Shown: positions 24,221-32,934 of the stretch, one piece after another
Layout: each line of letters begins with the position of its first letter
How positions within the stretch are numbered: the stretch's first letter is position 1
Position numbers and translations under genes: made by a program
Source: a virus
Taxonomy: Duplodnaviria > Caudoviricetes
Direction: 5' to 3' (one strand)
IMG/VR virus record: IMGVR_UViG_3300033076_001099
Coordinates: 1-36,044 of that record
DNA: 36,044 bases
Notes under the pieces: generated by a model
What the model saw: the letters and a program-made list of their open reading frames with translations, nothing else
Database searches by the model: none
Told to the model about the DNA's origin: nothing

Positions 24221-26865
24221 TAGTCAATCTCCTCCTCGTCGATTTCGATATGTGTCGCATCTCCTGCAGCATCCCTAATTACCCGCCCGGTGCGCTTCTT
24301 TTTCTTGCCTTTAGGCTGATCAAGCTTAACCACTACCGGTGTGGGGCTTGTTTTCATTTCCTTGAGGGTCTTTTGCATTTCGAGCATACCCTTGGCCAGT
24401 TCTAGTTTGTGTTCGTCCTGTAACCGCGCCTCCGTTACCCACTTCTCCCGCTCCGCAAGCATTGCCTGTTGTGCTTCTACCCCTGCATATAGCTCGTCGA
24501 GTTGCGCCTTGCGGTCCTCTGTTGCCTTATTGATAAGAAGCTCTAGCTGCTTAAGCTCGGTCTTATCCGCTATCTCGCGGGCTTTCAGCATGAATTCGAC
24601 GCGGCTGGCTGCGATCTCTTGTTGCGCCACTGATAGCTCCGCCTGTAAAGCCTGCGCCTTTAAGTTGATTTCACTAGCTGCGGCCCCGGCTTCGTTCTGC
24701 ATCTTGATTTGTTCAAGCTGTAGCGCAAACCCGTCCAGGCGCTCCTTCTGGGCTATCTTGGCCGACTCTATCCCCTGGTCGATTTGCATTTGTAGTTGTG
24801 AAAGCCGGTCTTCGGTCATCGCCTTTTGTTCCTCGAAATCCTGCTTCCGTGTCTCAAGCTGCAGCCGTGCGCCCTCGATCTGTGCCTGCATCTTGAGCTT
24901 TTCGAGGTCAATATCGGGCTCCGGGTCTTTTGGCTGGTTTACCTTGTCGATGGTCTTTTGAATCGCGTCGGTAATCTCGTCTAGGAATAACTTCCCGTCC
25001 GTTAGCTCCCCAACCACGTGCTTCATTATGCGCAATTCGGCGTCCGCTAGCTCTGGCATCTCCTGGGCGGTCTTAGCCACGCTCTCCATCATCTTGGTGA
25101 TAGCGTTAGCGGTTTCAATAGCCTGCTTTTTCTTCCAGTCTTGATTGATGGAGATGGTCGAATCAGTCTCAAAATCGATCCTAAATCGGCCCCGGCGGTT
25201 GTTTTTGAGTAGTTCGAGCGCGGTAAGGTATCGCTGTTTATCCTCCGGGTCGAGGGTTTGGGGCACGACGTACTCGTCGATGGTCTTTTCAGAAAAGAGC
25301 TTCAGGCCCATTTCCATACCGAGTTGATAGTTATCCTTTATCCACTCCTGTACCTTGCGCTGGTACGGCTCCATACGGTTAAGGGCGAATTTACCCTCAA
25401 GTTGGCGCTCGCCGTAGGTTTTCTCCGCGTCGCCTGTCTGGCCCCGGATCAGGTCAGAAAAGCCGGTGATATTGTAGAACATGTTTAGGCGCTGCTCATA
25501 GGCCACATACATGTTCTGTAGTCCCTTCATTAGCTCGTCGACTGGGAAGTAGGCCACAAGGTTGGCAAGCGACCCCTTGCCATTCATTAAACTCTGTTGA
25601 AGGTTAGGAATACCCATTCCAGTACCCTCGCCTTGAGCCCAATTCTCTCCGATTAGGGGCGCCAATAGCTTAACTGACGAATCAAACAAAAACCGAATGC
25701 GAACGGCTCTAGTAAGCTGAAGCATGCGGGTGACGATTGAATTAATATCGTCGAGGATGTCCTGCACTTGGAAAAATTCAGGCGTCGGCCAAAAGCTACG
25801 AGTCGATTGATTGATGATTAGCGGCTCGGTGCACGGAAAGAATTTACAAAGCCCGTATAGGTCGGAATGGTCCATCTCCCCCGGCTCTTCAACCTTTTCC
25901 GTGCTTTCATGACTTGCGGCCATGTCTTTAGGCTGAAAGAAATCCTCTGAGTTTTCAGCGAACCATCGTACCTCTTTTAGAATCGAGTCGTGGTACTCAT
26001 AGACGGTTATAGGCTTTTTGCCAGTGCGGTGATCCTCTATGTCCCCCTTAGCCAGCTTATCAAGCGCCTTAGCGCCAAACTTGGCCTTAAACTCCCTATA
26101 GCTGTATGGATACTCGAAAACCAAGCGCGTGATTTTATTCCACCGCTTGCCGTCCGGGTCTGTTATTAGTGCGGCATAATCCCCGGCCTCAAAATAAACC
26201 CGCTCATTATCGACGCGGACCTTTTGGCCCGTTGAGAAATAAGGCCCTATGTCGTCCTCTTGTACCAGGTCGCCCGGTACTTCCTCACCGTCTGGCGTGA
26301 GGAATACCGGCGGCATTGGCGGCGGAGGCTCTTGCCCCTCTACCGGTTCTGGCATCGGCGGCTCTACCATCTGCAGCCTCACCCGCTCGTCCTCTAGAAC
26401 TTGGTCATTAGCGTACAGCCAGCGGCCCCAACCGAAATTAGTGACGAGTAAATCGTCCACCGAGCTTGCAAATTCAGAAAATGCGTCAAAGGTTTTTAAA
26501 ATGCCCTTGGTGAAGCGCTCGCCTATTACGCATGCGGTACGCCCGAACGGGTCATCGCCTTGGGTATCTTTTAGGACGGGGATCGCCATGCGGGCAAATA
26601 CGATAGGTTGGCGAATTTTCCAGCAACTCCACCAAAGCGGGAATTTGGTCCACCGCTTCGCTCGGTCTAGCTCCTGGCCTCCGTATAGCTTGCCGAGCTT
26701 GTTTCGCTTTTCGATTTCGTTCCAGGATCGATCTGCTATTAGCCGCCAGTCTTGCTGCCCCTTTTTGCCGTCAATAACAAACTGTTTTGCATCGGCAATT
26801 GTGATCGAATCGTTGCCCATTACCTGGGCGTCTAGTGCCTGCGATTTCTTAGACTTCTTAGCCAA
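24220..26865 (-). CDS. Portal protein with long C-terminal coiled coil
   Basis: Follows terL; FFPC.EPL, ITG.SD.IRG and FRID.ETDSTI motifs; about 200-aa Gln/Glu helical tail. Confidence 0.85.
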   Translation of the reverse strand: MAKKSKKSQALDAQVMGNDSITIADAKQFVIDGKKGQQDWRLIADRSWNEIEKRNKLGKLYGGQELDRAKRWTKFPLWWSCWKIRQPIVFARMAIPVLKDTQGDDPFGRTACVIGERFTKGILKTFDAFSEFASSVDDLLVTNFGWGRWLYANDQVLEDERVRLQMVEPPMPEPVEGQEPPPPMPPVFLTPDGEEVPGDLVQEDDIGPYFSTGQKVRVDNERVYFEAGDYAALITDPDGKRWNKITRLVFEYPYSYREFKAKFGAKALDKLAKGDIEDHRTGKKPITVYEYHDSILKEVRWFAENSEDFFQPKDMAASHESTEKVEEPGEMDHSDLYGLCKFFPCTEPLIINQSTRSFWPTPEFFQVQDILDDINSIVTRMLQLTRAVRIRFLFDSSVKLLAPLIGENWAQGEGTGMGIPNLQQSLMNGKGSLANLVAYFPVDELMKGLQNMYVAYEQRLNMFYNITGFSDLIRGQTGDAEKTYGERQLEGKFALNRMEPYQRKVQEWIKDNYQLGMEMGLKLFSEKTIDEYVVPQTLDPEDKQRYLTALELLKNNRRGRFRIDFETDSTISINQDWKKKQAIETANAITKMMESVAKTAQEMPELADAELRIMKHVVGELTDGKLFLDEITDAIQKTIDKVNQPKDPEPDIDLEKLKMQAQIEGARLQLETRKQDFEEQKAMTEDRLSQLQMQIDQGIESAKIAQKERLDGFALQLEQIKMQNEAGAAASEINLKAQALQAELSVAQQEIAASRVEFMLKAREIADKTELKQLELLINKATEDRKAQLDELYAGVEAQQAMLAEREKWVTEARLQDEHKLELAKGMLEMQKTLKEMKTSPTPVVVKLDQPKGKKKKRTGRVIRDAAGDATHIEIDEEEID

Positions 26866-28387
26866 TTGGTAACCCTGGAATCAAATCAGTTAGCGATGGT
26901 TTAACGGTGCGGCGGTCACTCATTGCGCGCTTTACCTCTGCATCTATGTCTCTGGGAGCGTCGTTGACAACGTTGTGCGCCATAGCGGCAAGCGTTACGC
27001 AGTCGACGATATGGGTAGGCTCTCCATCCTCTTGGTAGTCCCACTGGCGCGCCGGTGAGGGATGCCGCTCTACCATCGGCATATAATCCCTGCAGTATTT
27101 GCAGGTGTCGAAAAACACCATCATTGGCCAGCTTGTCTCGGAACCCGCGATCAATTTAACCCCGTTTAGCTTTGAGAGCGTTTGCGCTCCCCTGTTCTCT
27201 CTGCTCAATTCTCCGAGCGAGAGAATAACCCCCGCATCCTTGAAATCGTGTTCAATTGCCCGCCCGCCTAACTTAATAAACGGGAATCTATCGGTGAATG
27301 TTGGCTGATCGTCGTGTTCCTTTTCCGTGTGCTCGATTATGCCGTTGGCAATATCGCGGTTTGACCAGCCTTTGGGCGCGAGGTTTGTTATCCCTTTTTC
27401 TCTTTCGTTTTCAGGATATTCAGCCTTACACCCGTACCACTCGCGGTAACAGACGAGGCACCCTCTAGGCAAATACTTTTCGTGTATCGTTCCCTCGTGA
27501 ACCGTCACGCCTGGAGAGGGGACCCACCACAAACAGGCCCAAGGCTCATATGAGCCATAGTCAAACGTGCGAAATCGCGGTCCCCAGAAGTCGGGAATTT
27601 TAAAACTTTTAACAACGTGGCGATCCTCGTCCCATGTTGCAAAATAGTTGCCTGTTATCGCGTCCCAATCCCCGGTGTCTAGCGCCTTTGCTAGCTCTGG
27701 ATCTCCGATTTCCGAAAGCCGCTCCGCGTGCGCTATTAGGTCCACGCTCTTATTATCCTGCGCCTTTGACGGTACATACTGACGCCTAAAGCCGCCGATG
27801 CTTTCTATTTCGAACGGTAGGCGCGCCTTTACGTAGTTCTTTCGGTAATACCCGACTGACGCGCCCGTAGGGTTTCCAGTTTGTAGAATCCACGGTAGTT
27901 TCTTCTGCCAGAATTCAGGCTGTCGGGCTAAGTGCTCCGGGGTCATACGGCACCAACCACGGAAAGCGCGGATCAGGCGTTCATTGATTTGCGGCGCCTC
28001 GTCGATAACAACCAACTGATTCTCGTTACCCTGAGCGGAATCGAATTGCCGCTCGTCTTGGCAGTGCTTAAAGTTGCAAACGTTTTCTTTCGGGAATCGA
28101 ATTCGGGTTTCTGTTACCTCTACGATGCCCTTCGATGTGAGCGGATACAGTAGCTTTCGAAAGCCCTTGTCCCCTTCCAAATGATTGGTGGCTATGTCGC
28201 TAAACTTTTTACGTATCAGCGTCATCTGCAGCCCGCTACATTCCATCCCGGCGCTAGCTATAGCCACCCGCGCAAAGTAGGATTTCCCACCCTCTGAGGC
28301 GCCTCCGAAAAGCTGGTCATTTGCTGGGGATTCGAGCGCCTCTTGTTGTCTGGGCCATAGGGGCCAATGGACGCGGATTTCAGGCAT
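26858..28387 (-). CDS. terL: Terminase large subunit
   Basis: Walker A GGASEGGKS, Walker B VVIDEA, motif III TGNP, nuclease FDYG and H.VD. Confidence 0.95.
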   Translation of the reverse strand: MPEIRVHWPLWPRQQEALESPANDQLFGGASEGGKSYFARVAIASAGMECSGLQMTLIRKKFSDIATNHLEGDKGFRKLLYPLTSKGIVEVTETRIRFPKENVCNFKHCQDERQFDSAQGNENQLVVIDEAPQINERLIRAFRGWCRMTPEHLARQPEFWQKKLPWILQTGNPTGASVGYYRKNYVKARLPFEIESIGGFRRQYVPSKAQDNKSVDLIAHAERLSEIGDPELAKALDTGDWDAITGNYFATWDEDRHVVKSFKIPDFWGPRFRTFDYGSYEPWACLWWVPSPGVTVHEGTIHEKYLPRGCLVCYREWYGCKAEYPENEREKGITNLAPKGWSNRDIANGIIEHTEKEHDDQPTFTDRFPFIKLGGRAIEHDFKDAGVILSLGELSRENRGAQTLSKLNGVKLIAGSETSWPMMVFFDTCKYCRDYMPMVERHPSPARQWDYQEDGEPTHIVDCVTLAAMAHNVVNDAPRDIDAEVKRAMSDRRTVKPSLTDLIPGLPIG

Positions 28388-28769
28388 CTTTAGGCTTCCG
28401 GTCTATAATAACAGTGATGTCACCCGTGTGCTCTACGTCGAGCTTATCGCCCCACCGCTTAGGTAGCAGCTTCGCGGCCACCCATTTGCGCGCGTCTATC
28501 TGCAGTCTGGCTAGGTTGTAATCCTCCGCCGTGTCGGCAATTTCTACAATCTGATCAGCATAATAGTCGGCTTGTTTGGCTCGCGCGCGCGTGTATTGGT
28601 CGCCGTAATCCTTGTTAGAAATCACCGCATCCGTAACCGTGTTGTGCGCTGGCATGTGCGCGTCTTTACAGATAGCCCGCAGGCTTTCCCCGCGCGCCAG
28701 GCGCTCGCATATTTCGGTCATCTGCTCCTGAGTCACAGTTGTGCCCGTGCGTCGCCTACCACCGGCCAT
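28380..28769 (-). CDS. terS: Terminase small subunit (Sf6 gp1-like)
   Basis: ICERLARGESLRAIC...Y.RAR..QAD...EIAD...RLQIDARKW.AAKL.PK.WGDK. Confidence 0.9.
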   Translation of the reverse strand: MAGGRRRTGTTVTQEQMTEICERLARGESLRAICKDAHMPAHNTVTDAVISNKDYGDQYTRARAKQADYYADQIVEIADTAEDYNLARLQIDARKWVAAKLLPKRWGDKLDVEHTGDITVIIDRKPKDA

Positions 28770-29259
28770 TTAGTACCTCTGCCTTGATTGTCTCTATAGA
28801 GGCCACAAGCCTATTGGCTCGGATGTCGCGCAGCCACTTGCGTATAATCTCGCCGGGGAGATCGAGCACCTGTAGGCAGTCCTGATAGGTTACTGGCGGA
28901 CGGTGTAGCTCTAGCGCATCATCGTCTATTAACCAGGCGTGCGCGTTTTGTGCGTCCCTGTATATGTCATAGCTGAACATCCCCGCTTCTGCCTGAGAGT
29001 AAAACCCCTTTATGTCGTCGATGGCTCGCGCAAGGACCGCGGCGTATAAGTCACGCTCCGGGTTTGTATCTACATAGGGGAGATTCGCCCACTGGGGATC
29101 TACGGCGGGCTCGCTGTAATAGCGCTCGAAGCCGCGTGAGCTTATTAGGAATTTATAGGTTTTTGAGTGTTTAGAGGCTCGCCGGGTTGTGCCGACTTTC
29201 TTTAGGCATACGCCGCCCCTGTATCCCCATTCTTTGTTTGGGTTTCCTACCTGCTTCAG
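28756..29259 (-). CDS. Hypothetical regulator-like protein; probable non-AUG start upstream of the annotated ATG 28980
   Basis: Frame is open back to TAA at 29266-29268 and contains PERDLYAAVLARAIDD upstream of the ATG; CTG at 29259 follows TAAGGA. Confidence 0.55.
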   Translation of the reverse strand: MKQVGNPNKEWGYRGGVCLKKVGTTRRASKHSKTYKFLISSRGFERYYSEPAVDPQWANLPYVDTNPERDLYAAVLARAIDDIKGFYSQAEAGMFSYDIYRDAQNAHAWLIDDDALELHRPPVTYQDCLQVLDLPGEIIRKWLRDIRANRLVASIETIKAEVLNGRW

Positions 29260-29322
29260 TTGTCCTTATTGGGTCCCTCGCGTTTCAGGATAACGGAGGT
29301 TTTGCAATTAGCCAAGGGGTAT

Positions 29323-29397
29323 TGGCTGGATCGCTAGGATTCGAACCTAGAATCGTCCGGTTAACAGCCGGGTGCAGTACCGTTATGCTACGATCCA
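29323..29397 (-). tRNA. tRNA-Asn (GTT) with encoded CCA
   Basis: Acceptor TGGATCG/CGATCCA, discriminator G, CCA end, anticodon loop CTGTTAA, T arm CTAGG-TTCGAAT-CCTAG. Confidence 0.95.
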
Positions 29398-29425
29398 ATA
29401 AAAAACCACACTAATGCTTTATAGC

Positions 29426-29665
29426 CTATTTCCATTGATCTTTAAGTTGTTTTTCTATTCTTTTTTTTGCTGACATCAAAGATTTGATATTCGACTTAAG
29501 CCTTTTTGCGCGCATCGATTCCTCATATCGGCAACAATCCAGGCCGTCCTGCTGCACCTCTAAGGATAAATCAATTGCAAAAAAAATTGAGTCTAAATCT
29601 CTATAGGACAATGAAAGATTTCTCTTGGTTCTAAGATCGTATTTATTGCCCTTTGCCATAGACAA
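29426..29665 (-). CDS. Hypothetical protein
   Basis: 79-aa ORF in the repressor-side operon. Confidence 0.6.
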   Translation of the reverse strand: MSMAKGNKYDLRTKRNLSLSYRDLDSIFFAIDLSLEVQQDGLDCCRYEESMRAKRLKSNIKSLMSAKKRIEKQLKDQWK

Positions 29666-29942
29666 ACGCCCCCTCTACCATGTTTTCGTACTGGTCCAGT
29701 CCCTGCGGAGGCTTTATCATCTCCTGGCGTAATTGGTTGTTCCGTAAAATCTGATTAGTGATGACCTGCTCTTGAATTCTTAGGTCATTCTGCTGCTGCC
29801 AATAGTTGGGCTGCTGTTGCGGTACCACTACGACGACAGGCGGCTGCGCGAGGCCGGGCGGGTTGAAGTTGTAGGTAGACGGGAGATTCTGCGCGGTTGC
29901 TATTACTGGCATCAGTGACAGTGCGACTAGTATCTTTTTCAT
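29643..29942 (-). CDS. Secreted Gln/Pro-rich protein
   Basis: Signal peptide MKKILVALSLMPVIATA-Q; ATGA overlap with the repressor gene. Confidence 0.7.
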   Translation of the reverse strand: MKKILVALSLMPVIATAQNLPSTYNFNPPGLAQPPVVVVVPQQQPNYWQQQNDLRIQEQVITNQILRNNQLRQEMIKPPQGLDQYENMVEGAFVYGKGQ

Positions 29943-30178
29943 AGTTTGTCCCCTGTAAATTCTTCCTCTAAAATCTTACCAAACTTTTCCCAAGAAAGCC
30001 CTGATAATCGCTGCAGTCCCAATAAAACATCGAACCGCATCGACCTGGCTTTCCCCTTATCGTACTGGTCTATGCCCTGTGTCGTTACGTCTACCCCTAA
30101 CTTTCGGAGCTCCTTAGAAACACCGTAATTGGTTAACCCCTTGCTTTTCTTAACTAAGTCTAAAATCTTCATTGCCAT
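29939..30178 (-). CDS. XRE/Cro-type HTH repressor (no peptidase domain)
   Basis: GLTNYGVSKEL.....TTQGIDQYDKG...MRFDVL..L; divergent from the early operon. Confidence 0.75.
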   Translation of the reverse strand: MAMKILDLVKKSKGLTNYGVSKELRKLGVDVTTQGIDQYDKGKARSMRFDVLLGLQRLSGLSWEKFGKILEEEFTGDKL

Positions 30179-30300
30179 AGTTTAATTGTACATTTTTTTT
30201 TGCATACTGCATAGTTTGTTGTACAGTTTTTGTTGCATCCTTCCGTAAAATAACTTACTCTTAATTGTACAGTGATTGCTGTAGAAACAAAGGAAGCAAG
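30179..30300. promoter_or_regulatory. Divergent control region with three TTGTACA operator-like sites
   Basis: TGTACA at 30187, 30220 and 30266; TTAATTGTACA exact at 30182 and 30261; AT-rich. Confidence 0.65.
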
Positions 30301-30525
30301 ATGACAAGAAAAGACGCCGAAAAAAACTATAAGCAAGCCGCAAAAAATTGGCACGCTGCCGCCGCAGGATGTGACGAGTCTGCGTTCCTGTTAGCTGACG
30401 CAGAGTACAAGAAAGCATGTGCCGATTTGGTTGAAGCCGAGGCAAACGAGCCGACATTCGCCGAGCAAAAAAAACAAAATGAGAAGTGGAGGCTGCACAA
30501 AATGGGGGTGAATCTGTTGGGGTAG
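30301..30525 (+). CDS. Early hypothetical protein
   Basis: SD AAGGA before ATG 30301. Confidence 0.65.
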   Translation: MTRKDAEKNYKQAAKNWHAAAAGCDESAFLLADAEYKKACADLVEAEANEPTFAEQKKQNEKWRLHKMGVNLLG

Positions 30526-30618
30526 CCCCCCTGATGAGAGTTCAGCTAGGCCACCCCACGGGGTGTCCTCTGGTGAATTTTTCACCCTTACTTAAACGGT
30601 TAAGACACAAGGAAGGTT

Positions 30619-30933
30619 ATGAACAACAAAATAAAACTCGCTTCAATTATGTACCAGGTGAAGGTTCGCCGCTGGCTCAAGAGCCGCCGCCATACAGGTA
30701 TCAGCATCGCGCTCCTGTTCGCGTCGTCCGGTTGCCATATGACTTTAGGTACACCCGGAGCCATAAGAGAATACCATCGCGGGTTGAACGGCATGATTAC
30801 CGAGGGAAAAACCTCCCCGGATAAGGAGTCGGCATACTGGCAAACCCAAAAGGCCATAGACCGGGAGCATACCGCACGGGATACCGCTCCGGGCTTCGTT
30901 GGTAGCTTATTCGGCGTAAAGGAGGGGGAGTAA
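30619..30933 (+). CDS. Probable lipoprotein
   Basis: Basic N-region, hydrophobic GISIALLFA, lipobox-like SSG-C. Confidence 0.6.
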   Translation: MNNKIKLASIMYQVKVRRWLKSRRHTGISIALLFASSGCHMTLGTPGAIREYHRGLNGMITEGKTSPDKESAYWQTQKAIDREHTARDTAPGFVGSLFGVKEGE

Positions 30934-31010
30934 TGTTTATTGTTCCTTTTATAGCTGCCTACGGGCTTTTCATGGTTGGAATACTTGGATTTTTTAAGGG
31001 GTGCAAATGA
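30933..31010 (+). CDS. 25-aa membrane peptide (not in ORF track)
   Basis: MFIVPFIAAYGLFMVGILGFFKGCK; SD AAGGAGG; TAATG and ATGA overlaps on either side. Confidence 0.65.
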   Translation: MFIVPFIAAYGLFMVGILGFFKGCK

Positions 31011-31306
31011 ATAGGGAAGACATTCAAAGATTAGGGCGAAATCTCTGGGGATTTTTTGCGGTCGCGGTTTGGATTGTTGGAGTGCCGATGGTTTTCAAAC
31101 TTGCCTACAAGGGGGCGTCTGGGGCTGTTAGCGAGGCGCGGGCGGTTGTTTATGGTTCCGAGGGCCAACATGCAGAAAATAAACCCGATGTGCCCCCTGA
31201 TCTAAGACTTGACGTACTTAAGGAAATGACCGACGCGGATTTTGAGGAAATGGTGGGTATGTACTACGAGCACAAGGCTAACCAGCCAAAGCGTAAAAAG
31301 AATTGA
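31007..31306 (+). CDS. Single-pass membrane protein
   Basis: TM segment LWGFFAVAVWIVGVPMVF. Confidence 0.7.
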   Translation: MNREDIQRLGRNLWGFFAVAVWIVGVPMVFKLAYKGASGAVSEARAVVYGSEGQHAENKPDVPPDLRLDVLKEMTDADFEEMVGMYYEHKANQPKRKKN

Positions 31307-31341
31307 TAGGTTGCTATTTAGCAACCGAATATAAAATAGAC

Positions 31342-31373
31342 GCCCGGCTTCCGAAAGGTTGCCGGGTTTTTTT
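31342..31373 (+). terminator. Rho-independent terminator
   Basis: GCCCGGC...GCCGGGT stem followed by a T run. Confidence 0.8.
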
Positions 31374-31500
31374 GTATAAAAACAAAGCCGATATAAACGC
31401 CACAGAGAAAAAATTAAAAATTTTTGTGTTGCGCGAATCTGTTTCATGCTGTAAGAATCGTATTACACTCTGGGCCGCCACTCACTGACAAATATTTGGC

Positions 31501-31576
31501 GGTTCCTCACTGGAAACAAAAACGCCGCTTAGGGCTACTACCCCCTAAACGGCAAGGAAACCAGTGACAGGAGCTA
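31501..31576 (+). promoter_or_regulatory. Structured leader of the replication initiator gene
   Basis: GGTTCC-TCACTGG pairs with CCAGTGA-CA-GGAGCT; inner GCCG..AGGG/CCCT..CGGC stem. Confidence 0.6.
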
Positions 31577-31582
31577 GGATCA

Positions 31583-32407
31583 ATGTCACTGGTCAATAAA
31601 GACGATACCACAGGAAAAGCGGCAAACAAAAGCCCGGCCTTCCAGTTCTATCCTAAAGACTTCCTGACCGATTCGAACGTGCTCGTCATGTCTAACGAGG
31701 CGCGAGGCGCATACATAACTTTACTCTGCATCGACTGGCTTGAGGACGGCATTAAGAGGGATCGACTCTGTAAGTTATCCGGTTTTGATGCGTATGCTGA
31801 AGATGGTTCTTTACGCTCCCCGGATGCCTGGAACTCGATTGAAGCTCAGCTTCTGAATTGCTTCAAAGCTCACCCAGAAAAAGAAGGCTATGTAACAAAC
31901 CCACGCTTACAAAAAGAGCGCGGGCTGCAGGTTGAAAGACGTAAAGAGAGAAGCGAAGCGGGCAGACGTGGCGGAAAGGCTAAGCACAACAAAGCCTTAG
32001 CTGCCGAAGCTCAGCTAAAGCTCAGCCAGAAAAATAACATAGCAAAACCTAGCACTTCATCTTCATCTACATCTACATCTACAACTGCGGTATTTAATAA
32101 TGTTAACCCGCATTGGCCTCAAAACCTGGACTCCCCAGAAGCCAGAAACGCTCTCACGGAATGGCTGGATTACAAAAAATCGAGGCGCGAGAGTTACAAG
32201 AACATCGATTCGGTTAACCGGCTTTTAAGGCACTGGTCGAAATACACCCCCAAACAATTCATCGACGCCGTGGACCGGTCGATCCGTTCGAACTACGCCG
32301 GGCTGATCGATCCCGATTCTTCTTTTGGCTCAAGCAAGCAACCCAAAGCGACCGCATTTGAGAAAAACCTAGAGCTTTTACGCCGTACGGAGGCGGAGGA
32401 AGTATGA
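31583..32407 (+). CDS. DUF1376/YdaU-family replication initiator
   Basis: SPAFQFYPKDFL.D....MS.E.RGAYI.LLC..W and NPRL..ER; C-terminal W..YKK...SI..NY.GL domain. Confidence 0.85.
   Translation: MSLVNKDDTTGKAANKSPAFQFYPKDFLTDSNVLVMSNEARGAYITLLCIDWLEDGIKRDRLCKLSGFDAYAEDGSLRSPDAWNSIEAQLLNCFKAHPEKEGYVTNPRLQKERGLQVERRKERSEAGRRGGKAKHNKALAAEAQLKLSQKNNIAKPSTSSSSTSTSTTAVFNNVNPHWPQNLDSPEARNALTEWLDYKKSRRESYKNIDSVNRLLRHWSKYTPKQFIDAVDRSIRSNYAGLIDPDSSFGSSKQPKATAFEKNLELLRRTEAEEV
31841..32083. repeat. Candidate origin iterons inside the initiator gene
   Basis: AAGCTCAGC at 31842, 32007 and 32018, with degenerate AAGC/TAGC copies, followed by tandem CT[TA]CAT hexamers. Confidence 0.55.
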
Positions 32408-32934
32408 CCAAGACGGAAACGACCAAAATTTTAACTTACATCATGGCCGACTTTGACGTTGAGATTACCGAGGCGAAGCGGGACGTATGGCACGATCAAT
32501 TTAAAAACGTTCCCTACGAACTAGCCTTTGAGGCGGCTCGGTTGCTTCTCAAGAATAAATCTTTCGGAGCTCCTCGCGTTGCTGATTTTGCCGAGGCGAT
32601 TCGGTCTATCAGTCGAGCGACTGGCACAACCCTTGATGAGGGTCAGGCGTTCAACCTGGCGCTGCAGGCTGTCTCTCGGTTCGGCTACGTAAACGAGGCC
32701 GGGGCTCTTAGTTGGCTTTCGCGGATAAATCAGGACGTGGCCGCTGCCGTTTTAGAATTTGGGTATCAGCTTTTGTGCACGGCTGAAACGAAGGACCTAA
32801 ACATAACACGGGCGCAATTTGGGCGCGTCTACGCGGCTGCGCTGCAGCGCTCCCGCACCACTAGGGCGACGATGCAAGCCCCGCAGATTTCAAACCTGGT
32901 TAAGCAATTGGCGGAGGACAAACAAAATGCGTGA
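32404..32934 (+). CDS. Replicative helicase loader/inhibitor-like protein (G39P-like)
   Basis: MTKTET.KIL....W...F..VPYE.A..A......F.P..AD; ATGA-coupled to the initiator. Confidence 0.7.
   Translation: MTKTETTKILTYIMADFDVEITEAKRDVWHDQFKNVPYELAFEAARLLLKNKSFGAPRVADFAEAIRSISRATGTTLDEGQAFNLALQAVSRFGYVNEAGALSWLSRINQDVAAAVLEFGYQLLCTAETKDLNITRAQFGRVYAAALQRSRTTRATMQAPQISNLVKQLAEDKQNA

Noticed and set aside
7157-28787. Numerous plus-strand and alternate-frame ORFs inside late genes (e.g. 8410-8898, 18156-18794, 24341-24961, 26249-26872)
   Set aside because: Antisense shadows of well-supported minus-strand genes, without RBS or recognisable motifs.
30526-30600. Hammerhead ribozyme suggested by CTGATGAG at 30531
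   Set aside because: No GAAA core after stem II and no stem I/III with a cleavage triplet; it folds as a simple hairpin.
31303-31488. 61-aa ORF in the track
   Set aside because: Spans a clear terminator and an AT-rich promoter region; probably spurious.
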